A stretch of DNA of 11,309 nucleotides from Octopus sinensis (GCF_006345805.1 NW_021827211.1:1-11309), one strand, 5' to 3'; counted from the first letter of the stretch, positions 1-7,692 are shown. The notes: a model not told the origin generated them from the letters alone. Numbers and translations are program-made.

Positions 1-180
1 CACACATGCATACAAAACATACGTACGTACACACATACAGACATACATAAACACATAATCATACATACATACATACACGCACGTATACATACATACATAC
101 ATACGTACATACGTACATACATACATACATACATACACACATGCGTGCATGCAAGCATGCATACATACCTACACGCACAT
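1..180. repeat. Degenerate (CATA)n/(CA)n microsatellite
   Basis: Direct reading: runs of catacatacata and cacaca with point interruptions. Confidence 0.95.
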
Positions 181-199
181 AGCATTTTTCCGATGGCTG

Positions 200-260
200 G
201 ATAACTGAAGAGATAGCGGTGTGGTTTTCCACCTCGGCATCCGAAACTCGGAATTTTATC
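200..260 (+). ncRNA. Hammerhead-ribozyme-like motif, minimal type I (Penelope-associated kind), probably degenerate
   Basis: Stem I GATAA(200-204)/TTATC(256-260). Core CTGAAGA 205-211. Stem II GATAGCGGTGTGG-TTTT-CCACCTCGGCATC(C) 212-242. GAA 243-245. Near-palindromic stem III ACTC-G-GAAT 246-254, with one mismatch where GAGT is expected. Predicted cleavage after 255. Confidence 0.5.
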
Positions 261-367
261 ATGGCTACCGGATAATTGTCACGTATTACATTAACAGATA
301 AATTCCTCTATTTACATAATATCGATGTCTCTTTCTTTTGTTGTCTTAACATTTTTATCAATATATA

Positions 368-492
368 TATATAATTCATTTTTCGTAATGAGAAAAAAAA
401 AACCCAAGGCTGTGTAGATTTTAGAACATTTATAGTTCTAATATCTACGCACCCTTGGTTTTTTATCTCATTACGAAAAAAATTTTTATATA
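368..492. repeat. Imperfect foldback palindrome (core 379-480, about 47-bp arms, 7-nt loop), MITE-like
   Basis: Left arm tttttcgtaatgaga-A9-cccaaggctgtgtagattttagaac (379-427). Reverse complement of 435-480 is tttttcgtaatgaga-taaaaaa-ccaagggtgcgtagatattagaac. Loop atttata 428-434. tata at both outer ends. Confidence 0.85.
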
Positions 493-869
493 CACACGCT
501 GACATATGACCAACGTTGAACCCCTTATTCGCATAATCACCGAACCTGGAACTTAACTACGGTCTATCTATAGCACTTATTCAGCATTACCTGATACTTT
601 TGGATTTCAATGACACCATTACCTCTCATAATATATATATATATATGGCCACAATGAGATACCTTTATCTACAGGCTGAAACAACTGTAAAATCCATTTT
701 ATATGTAATATTTTTATGGTATTATCTTCCTTATTGATGTATATTGTTTTATTCTGTTTTATTCTCTTGGTTTTGGATGTTCCTATTTAATTAGTTAATA
801 AATTATATGAATTGGTATTACCTGTAAGTTGATGATTGAAAGGAATCTGTTCCTCCATTTTCTTATTTG

Positions 870-873
<4 letters not shown>

Positions 874-904
<31 letters not shown>

Positions 905-911
905 ACACCAC

Positions 912-955
<44 letters not shown>

Positions 956-1005
956 CATATATATATTTCACACGCACATACATACTCTCTTATACACACA
1001 CACAC
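874..1005. repeat. Compound (CA)n/(TA)n/(CATA)n microsatellite
   Basis: Direct reading. Confidence 0.95.
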
Positions 1006-1267
1006 CTTCATGTTGGGGGTCATCTTTACTTTGTTATCTCCCCTACTTTCCTTCCCGTGTGTGACCCTTCTGTCCGAGTCAGACGCCATGATAGATCGTT
1101 AGCCACTACACACATTTTTTTCTCTCCTTGTTTCTTCTGTGTCCCTTTCTGTAGAAGAGCGTAGGCTCGAAACGTAAAAGACTTTTCCTATTCCTGAGCG
1201 TTATACTAATACATCTGTTTGTTTTGTACACCACCTGTCTTCGTCTTTTGTTTTTTTCGTAAACTCT

Positions 1268-1270
<3 letters not shown>
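1006..1270 (+). mobile_element. Short non-coding cassette between microsatellites carrying a hammerhead-like motif; probable non-autonomous Penelope-like (pLTR) derivative
   Basis: About 265 bp of complex sequence bounded by (CA)n/(TA)n on the left and (TA)n on the right. It contains GAAGAGCGTAGGCTCGAAACGT. No RT or GIY-YIG reading frame recognised. The Penelope link is inferred from the ribozyme architecture. Confidence 0.5.
1145..1180 (+). ncRNA. Minimal type I hammerhead-like motif with non-canonical core (CUGUAGA)
   Basis: Stem I CTTT(1145-1148)/AAAG(1177-1180). Core CTGTAGA 1149-1155 plus an extra A at 1156. Perfect stem II GAGC-GTAG-GCTC 1157-1168. GAA 1169-1171. Palindromic ACGT 1172-1175 in place of stem III. 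Predicted GUA cleavage after 1176. Confidence 0.6.

Positions 1271-1305
<35 letters not shown>
1271..1305. repeat. (TA)n microsatellite
   Basis: Direct reading. Confidence 0.95.
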
Positions 1306-1309
<4 letters not shown>

Positions 1310-1312
1310 CTA

Positions 1313-1451
1313 AATATTAATAATCAACAGTGGTTACAGTGAGACTCGAGGGCCGAGAGTTTCGCACATTGACACAAGTTCGATAAGTGCCAATGCACGA
1401 AGCTTTTGTCCGTTGAATCACTCTGTAACTCTGTTGATTATCATTAATATT
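1313..1451. repeat. Decayed foldback palindrome (about 62-65-bp arms, about 11-nt loop), MITE-like
   Basis: aatattaat-aatcaacagtggttacagtgagactc...agagtttcgcacattgacac (1313-1375) is colinear with the reverse complement of gtgccaatgcacgaagcttttgtccgttgaatcactctgtaactctgttgattatcattaatatt (1387-1451). Mismatches are mostly transitions. Confidence 0.8.
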
Positions 1452-1527
1452 AATACTAATTATAATTATAATAAATATATTTTCATATTTAGAATTCTAT
1501 TTTCCTGTTTGCATTTCATCAAACCTG

Positions 1528-1631
1528 TCTATCTGTCAATCTGTCTGTCTGTTTGTCTGTTTGTCTGTTTCTCTGTCCATCCGTCCGTCCGTCCGTCGTC
1601 TGTCTGTCTCTCTGTCTATCTAGCTATCTGT

Positions 1632-1691
<60 letters not shown>

Positions 1692-1743
1692 ATAAACATA
1701 TATATGTAAATACATACATACATGCATACATTCATATGCATAC

Positions 1744-1798
<55 letters not shown>
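1528..1798. repeat. Compound tetranucleotide/dinucleotide microsatellite (TCTG, TCCG, TATC, CATA, CA)
   Basis: Direct reading. Confidence 0.95.
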
Positions 1799-1801
<3 letters not shown>

Positions 1802-1830
1802 TGGCAGACACATGTACACGCGTTCCTCAG

Positions 1831-1964
1831 TTTACATATCAGAAATAGCAGAAATAAACATAGACAACCTGATGATAACCAGAAACGACCTCGTTCTCAG
1901 CCCAAACGCCAACCAACACGTCACACACACAGCAGAACTAGAAAACTCCGCAATAAACAACTAA
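1831..1964 (+). CDS. Candidate terminal coding exon (phase 1), product unidentified: xYISEIAEINIDNLMITRNDLVLSPNANQHVTHTAELENSAINN*
   Basis: Acceptor-like gttcctcAG at 1829-1830, then 44 open codons of non-repetitive, protein-like composition ending TAA 1962-1964. It is followed by A-rich unique sequence with AATAAA at 2077-2082. The pyrimidine tract is weak and no homology was recognised. Confidence 0.3.
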
Positions 1965-2392
1965 GCGAAGGCATAAAGAAAGAAGAAAAACGAAAGCATT
2001 GAATACAAAAACCAAACGAAACCAAACGAAACGAAACAAATCAGGAAACCAGCAAATATTTAGTCTAAAGGAAAAGAATAAACAAAAAAAAAATGGAACA
2101 ATCGCAGCGTAAAACGTTGTACTGTGTAATTAGCGACATTCCCGACGACAGCAATGGCTTCAGCTGCGACGGCAACGTAGCGCTGCATGTCTCAACAACA
2201 GCGTTAAATAATGTATATCCACATTGCCGCCATACCAAGTGAAAACTCTAATCAGATTTTTTTTGTGTTGAAGGGTGGGGGGGGGGGGGGAGAAGGAAAA
2301 ACAAATATCAGTCACCATAAACCACAACACAACGCACACAACACAACACAACACCCCTACATCACACAGAGACAGGAACGCATAGTAGAAAA

Positions 2393-2645
<253 letters not shown>

Positions 2646-2647
2646 AG

Positions 2648-3190
2648 TTATTATTTTACTGTCCTTGCACGGCTTCTGACGCTGGAGATGTGTACTACGG
2701 TGTCAGCTGTTCACTACCTTAACTAAGGTAACACCCCTTATTTTTCCGAGCACCATCCAGAGTATTCGAGCGGTTCCAAGCAGTGCCGTTTTCTGCAAGT
2801 GCTCCGCCCTTATTGTGACCCCTATTAGTTCCATGTACCTCGTAAGAGTTTTACTCACTGTTCCCAGGGCTTCAACAATTATTGGTACTACTGCTTCCTT
2901 TTTTATCGACCACAACTGTTTAACCTCCCAAGCTAACTTGTTATATCTCTCGACTCTTCTTTCTTCCTTATCGCATACCTTATTGTCATCTGAGCATGCT
3001 ATGTCTATGATCCAGCATCGTTTGTTTTCTTTCTCGATTAAGACTACGTCTAGCTTCCTATTCTCTATCTCATGGCTGTACTGAATCATAAAATCCCACA
3101 GGGTCTTTGCATTATCATTTTCGATGATGCCTTCGGGTTTATGTTCGTACCACTTTTTTGCTCTGTCAAGTCCATACTTGTTGCAAAAAC
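2648..3190 (-). mobile_element. 5'-truncated R4/Dong-like non-LTR retrotransposon, copy B (RLE endonuclease domain + 3'UTR + (TAA)n tail)
   Basis: ORF 2703-3224 encodes CNKYGLDRAKKWYEHKPEGIIENDNAKTLWDFMIQ..RKLDVVLIEK..IIDIAC..LW..VVPIIVEALGTV..HLQKTALLGTARIL. This is the restriction-like endonuclease C-terminus of R2-superfamily/R4-clade LINEs. Tail aataataa at 2648-2655. Confidence 0.85.
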
Positions 3191-3820
3191 CAGCTGAATA
3201 AGGTGACACTTGTTTACTGGTCATGCTTCGAGAACCCTGCGAAGAATTCTTGCAGTTCCAAGCAATGCTGAGTTTTGTAGGTGTTCTACCTTTACATTTG
3301 TACCGGTCTTACCAGCCGTTTCCAGCCATGTTGATAGTTGAGTGCTGATACTTCCAAGTAAGCCAATTACTACTGGTATCACGTCTACTCTCCTCATTGA
3401 CCACAACCTTCGTATTTCCCACTTGAAATCGTCGTAGTTGTTCAGTTTTTCTTATTTCTTTTTGATCCTGTTGTCACCGGGACATGCCATGTCGATTATC
3501 ATGTAAGTTCTTTCTGTTTTTACTCACCACAACAATATCCGGTTTTCGATGTCAGGTCAGGTGATCGCACTGAATCATTCCATCTCACAGGATTTTGTAA
3601 TCTTCATCCTCGGTTACTCCTTTGGGGATTTTTTCTCATACCATGTCTTTGCTCTTTGTAGGCCGTGATTTTCACAGAGCTCCCAGTGGATCATCCTTGC
3701 CACATTGTCATGGCGTCTTTTGTATTCGCGTTGTCTTAATTTCGAGCATTCGTTAACGATGTGCCATACCATTTATCTCTCTCACCACACATTCTGTATT
3801 TGTCGCTCTCAGTAGTGTTA
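3191..3820 (-). mobile_element. 5'-truncated, decayed R4/Dong-like LINE, copy A (CCHC zinc knuckle + RLE domain, short 3'UTR stub)
   Basis: With frameshifts and stops it reads DK(Y)RMCGERD.VWHIVNECSKLRQREYKRRHDNVARMIHWELCENHGLQRAKTWYEK..IL*DGMIQCDHLT*HRKPDIVVV..MIIDMACPGD..FKWEIRRLWSMRRVDVIPVVIGLLGSI..HLQNSALLGTARILRRVLEA*. Stop at 3221-3223. The 5' end abuts (TA)n. Confidence 0.9.
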
Positions 3821-3865
3821 TATATATGTATAATTGTATATATATATAGTATATATTATATATTA

Positions 3866-3942
<77 letters not shown>

Positions 3943-3964
3943 TATATATATATATATATATATA
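3821..3964. repeat. Long interrupted (TA)n microsatellite
   Basis: Direct reading. Confidence 0.95.
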
Positions 3965-4008
3965 GGTGAGAAAGTTGGTGTGTGTGAAAGCACGTGGTTG
4001 AATATATA

Positions 4009-4225
4009 GAAAATAGTAAAAAGTGAAAAAACTATAGAAGGCTTGTTTTAAAAGGTTAAAAATTATATTTGAGTCATTATGTCTGAAGAATGTTATAAAT
4101 TTTTTTCATACTATGTCATTGTATGAAAAAAATTTATAACATTCTTCAGATATAATGACTCAAATATATATTTTTTAACCTTTTAAAACAAGCCTTCTAT
4201 AGTTTTTTCACTTTTTACTATTTTC
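4009..4225. repeat. Near-perfect 217-bp palindrome (103/105-bp arms, 9-nt loop), TA-flanked foldback/MITE-like element
   Basis: Arm 4009-4111 equals the reverse complement of 4121-4225, apart from a 2-nt indel region (4061-4066) and one G/A difference (4081). Loop tatgtcatt 4112-4120. tata flanks both ends. Confidence 0.95.
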
Positions 4226-4226
4226 C

Positions 4227-4313
4227 ATATATATATATATAATATATATATATATAATATATATATATACATATATACATATATTATATACATATATATA
4301 TATATATATAATA
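4227..4313. repeat. (TA)n microsatellite (corresponds to the SINE-internal repeat)
   Basis: Direct reading. It runs into the (TG)n of the SINE 3' half. Confidence 0.9.
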
Positions 4314-4548
4314 TGTGTGTTGTGTGTGTGTTTGTGTGTCTGTGTTTGTCCGCCCCCCCCAACATCGCTTGACAACCGAAGCTGGTGTGTTTACGTTCCT
4401 GTAACTTAGCGGTTCGGCAAAAGAGACCGATAGAATAAGTACTAGGCTTACAAAGAATAAGTCCTGAGGTCGATTTGCTCGACTAAAAGGCAGTGCTCCA
4501 GCATGGCCACAGCCAAATGACTGAAACGAGTAAAAGAGCAAAGAGTAT
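4314..4548 (+). mobile_element. 3' half of octopus-type tRNA SINE (same family as 8589-9026)
   Basis: Colinear, high identity by eye with about 8786-9026 (gcttgacaaccga..gctggtgtgtttacg..aacttagcggttcggcaaaagagaccgatagaataagtact..aatgactgaaac, gagtaaaa tail). The tRNA head is absent. Confidence 0.9.
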
Positions 4549-4559
4549 CCCTTACGTAA

Positions 4560-4645
4560 ATCTCCACACAAATTGTTTTCTGCTCTTGTGTTGTCTCCTC
4601 CCTCCTCATCCCAGCCCCTGTGGCAAATAAAAGGAATTATCATTG
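4560..4645 (+). mobile_element. Short 3'-terminal fragment of a LINE-like element (stem-loop + AATAAA + ATT stub)
   Basis: Ends gcc-cctgt-ggc-a-AATAAA-aggaattatcatt, resembling the terminus at 4859-4890. The left boundary is uncertain. Confidence 0.4.
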
Positions 4646-4884
4646 TAGGAGGAGTTGAGAAGGAAAGAGGCACCAGCTGAGGTCGGGGTAACCAGGATGG
4701 GGGTAGGGTTTCTCGGTTGTCCTTGAGAGGAACTCCCAAATATTGGGTAATTTTTTTGTTAATTCTGCTGTTAATTGTTATTGTTATTTATTTTCTACAC
4801 GATATTGTGCCAAACCCCACTTGTCCCTTGAGTTGCATTGCCCCTATTTGTTTTGTGTTCGGCCTTGGTGGCCAATAAAGAAAA
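4646..4884 (+). mobile_element. 3'UTR fragment of a LINE (possibly L1/Tx1-like) with (ATT)n tail
   Basis: Ends ggcc-ttggt-ggcc-AATAAA-gaaaat followed by (ATT)n. G-rich then T-rich composition typical of a LINE 3'UTR. The clade assignment is from recollection only. Confidence 0.5.
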
Positions 4885-4892
4885 TATTATTA

Positions 4893-4965
<73 letters not shown>
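4885..4965. repeat. (ATT)n array 1
   Basis: Direct reading. Confidence 0.95.
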
Positions 4966-5387
4966 GAGTGAGAGAGCAGTGCATGCCATCAAAGTGACAC
5001 TCGGGTAAAATATACGAAGCCCAATATACCATCATGACTACCCGTCTGATAAGGGTACACCAGGCACATGCATCACAACCATATGTGCGCGACATGGTGA
5101 TCTCATATCAAGGTAAACAGCGCATGACCTTGCAGGTGGGGCCCAGTTAGAATTTTCTTCAGGTCGAGTAGCCCATCCCGCTCAAAAGGTCCATGAATAA
5201 GGGTTGTTTAAGGATGTTGAAAGAAACCACCCATGTTTCCAGAGGTGAATTATTCAAACCCCAAAGAATCCCTCTCAACACATGGCTATGATGCTCCCCC
5301 ACTACTTCTGCTCGTGATCAGAGATGCACATATCGTCAGCCACTAAGGGACATGGTCAACTGGTTAAAGTCAAACAACTGACAAGCA
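4966..5387 (-). mobile_element. 5'-truncated non-coding retroelement (LINE 3'UTR or SINE) with (AAT)n tail, tandem copy 1 (422 bp)
   Basis: Flanked by (ATT)n on both sides. No ORF on the minus strand. Near-identical to 5504-5926 and homologous to the older copy at 7002-7168, which extends further 5'. Confidence 0.8.
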
Positions 5388-5443
<56 letters not shown>

Positions 5444-5503
5444 TATATTATTATTATATTATTATTATTATTATTATTATATTATTATTATTATATTATT
5501 ATT
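5388..5503. repeat. (ATT)n array 2 (with tatatt interruptions)
   Basis: Direct reading. Confidence 0.95.
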
Positions 5504-5926
5504 GAGTGAGAGAGCAGTGCATGCCATCAAAGTGACACTCGGGTAAAATATACGAAGCCCAATATACCCATCATGACTACCCGTCTGATAAGGGTACACC
5601 AGGCACATGCATCACAACCATATGTGCGCGACATGGTGATCTCATATCAAGGTAAACAGCGCATGACCTTGCAGGTGGGGCCCAGTTAGAATTTTCTTCA
5701 GGTCGAGTAGCCCATCCCGCTCAAAAGGTCCATGAATAAGGGTTGTTTAAGGATGTTGAAAGAAACCACCCATGTTTCCAGAGGTGAATTATTCAAACCC
5801 CAAAGAATCCCTCTCAACACATGGCTATGATGCTCCCCCACTACTTCTGCTCGTGATCAGAGATGCACATATCGTCAGCCACTAAGGGACATGGTCAACT
5901 GGTTAAAGTCAAACAACTGACAAGCA
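5504..5926 (-). mobile_element. Tandem copy 2 (423 bp) of the 4966-5387 element
   Basis: Identical to copy 1 by eye except aatatacCCatc vs aatatacCatc. Same truncation point gacaagca|tatt. Confidence 0.85.
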
Positions 5927-5990
<64 letters not shown>

Positions 5991-6050
5991 ATTATTATTA
6001 TTATCATTATTATTATTATTATTGTTATTGTTATTGTTGTTGTTGTTATT
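5927..6050. repeat. (ATT)n array 3, decaying into (GTT)n
   Basis: Direct reading. Confidence 0.95.
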
Positions 6051-6487
6051 TAATTGGACGGCTGCATTGAATTATGCGTAATCTAATAAAGGAAATTTTA
6101 TAATATATGGAAAAATTTAATTAAACTCGCTGTGAAAATATAATTATAAACGTTAAAGTAAGAAATAAAAATATTAACTGACATTTTAATGAATTATTTT
6201 TATTTGTTTTGTTCTGTTTTTGTTGGCTGGTCAATATTATCTGGATATACGTTATCAACATGGAGGTCTGCAGATCTGCAACTCCAGTTCTTTAAGATGT
6301 TTATCTGCAAGGAAAGATCTTAAAAGGGCCTTCAATTGGGTTTGGCAAGATAAGGTCCTAAGCTACACAATTACTGTGTAACACGATTTTTATCCTTGGG
6401 AAGCATCTGTTATTTTCTATTTTGTTATCCCTGGAAAGTATGAAAAATGGCAAATATTTCCTTCAAACTATGCTTTTGTTACATTTA

Positions 6488-7001
6488 CCGTAAATCCTCG
6501 AGTATAGTCCGCCCTTGAGTATAATACGCAGGGGATTTTTTAGGTGGGGTGTACCTCTGAAAAGCCTAAACCTTGTGTATAATACGCACCCCTTCTCCAA
6601 CTTGAGTCAAGGAGATCTATATAACGTCCTTGGTTTGTAAAACTGTATACGGAAACGTCCTTTATTATTATTGTATATATAACATAGTGCAAACGTGTAG
6701 CTTTTTTGTGCATTTTGTTTGCAGGAAATAAAGAAATAACAGTAATAACGTTTAATAAATGTTGCTTACTGCAAGTTATGGATGATTCTTTTATGACTTC
6801 ATTGCTTTCAAGCTTAGCTTAAGGTATTTTCGCGCCCGACATCACAAAATGCGTCTGAATAAACATTGCTGGACAGCAAATAGAGACTCGGACATTGCTT
6901 AGAAAATAATTTTCATTTTTAACCTCGTATATAGTATGTACTAGGGATTTTGACCTTTAAATTTTGGGGAAATAATGCGGATTATACACGAGGATTTACG
7001 G
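6488..7001. mobile_element. Non-autonomous Tc1/mariner-superfamily (pogo/Tigger-like) MITE, 514 bp, TA TSD
   Basis: TIRs CCGTAAATCCTCGAGTATAGTCCGC (6488-6512) and GCGGATTATACACGAGGATTTACGG (6977-7001), 23/25 complementary. TA at 6486-6487 and 7002-7003. Subterminal repeats CTYGWGTATARTMCGC. Confidence 0.9.
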
Positions 7002-7168
7002 TATTCAAACCCCAAAGAATCCCTCTCAAGACATGGTTATGATACTCCCCTACTACTCCTGCTCATGATCAGAGACACACATATTGTAAACCACTAAGGG
7101 ACATGCTGAAGTTGTTGAGGTCAAGCAACTGACAAGCAAATCTGTGGTTTTGAGCAGAATATTTGCTA
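7002..7168 (-). mobile_element. Older, diverged fragment of the 4966/5504 element family
   Basis: tattcaaaccccaaagaatccctctcaa..ccactaagggacatg..caactgacaagca aligns with 5251-5387 at visibly lower identity. It continues aatctgtggttttgagcagaatatttgct beyond the truncation point of the tandem copies. Confidence 0.85.
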
Positions 7169-7692
7169 TCGCGATATTTCTACTTCAGCAACTCAGCGCT
7201 GAATCCGTCTGAAATGTAATGGAAAGTAGGTCAGTTTTAAAATATTGACGTCCAGGTCACAAAATCTTGAAGGGAATAGTGGTCATTTCCTTTGATCTCT
7301 AGATAGAGGCAAATAGGAAATAACACTTACTGACCAAAGACAAAAAAATAAAATTGCTACACAGTGTAATCTGTGGTGAGGTTCCAACTTGGAAGTTCAA
7401 GAGACTTAGGGAGTAGGGAGTTACATCTTAATTACAATTTCTCCCACTTCTGCTCTGACAAGGGGTAGTAGTGCCTACAGGGGTCCCAATTATGAATCAA
7501 GTAGGAGAAAATGGTTTTGTGATTAAGGACTTGTAGGAGAGCTACGTCTTAGACATATGTCACGGAAGTCCACCGATGTGTGAAGATGCATTCATATCAT
7601 TTAAATCAGCGCCACTACCAAAGGGTTCGATAGGTTCTGAGCCTAAAGGGTAAGCTTGGGAGAGAAAGGGACTAGGAGAGTAAACTCTAAAT

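Noticed and set aside
661-692. Acceptor-like tttatctacAG at 664-674
   Set aside because: No convincing donor or open frame follows. Such sites are common in AT-rich DNA.
1861-1900. CTGATGA..GAAAC hammerhead-like core (ctgatgataaccagaaacgacctcgtt)
   Set aside because: Stem III is possible (ACG/CGT), but stem II is at most 1 bp and no stem I pairing exists in any topology. It also lies in the candidate coding frame. Likely chance.
59-2002. Numerous ORFs rich in HT, YI, CV, LSIY repeats (also 3761-4365, 4743-4992, 5324-5509, 10106-10488)
   Set aside because: Open only because microsatellites lack stops in those frames.
2703-3224. 173-aa ORF as a functional endonuclease gene
   Set aside because: The start comes from the 3'UTR of another element. 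The PD motif is changed to LD, the native stop is frameshifted, and there is no RT. It is a LINE relic.
4083-4128. CTGAAGA..GAAA inside the long palindrome, and CTGAAGA on the minus strand at about 5156-5162
   Set aside because: Stems are not arranged as a three-way junction. In the second case there is no GAAA partner.
4885-6050. Repeat-spacer pattern as a CRISPR-like array
   Set aside because: Spacers are identical 422-bp units and the repeats are microsatellites. Eukaryotic context.
6261-6286. Small palindrome tggaggtc-TGCAGATCTGCA-actcca
   Set aside because: A 12-bp perfect palindrome with weak flanks is plausible by chance in 11 kb. No supporting context.
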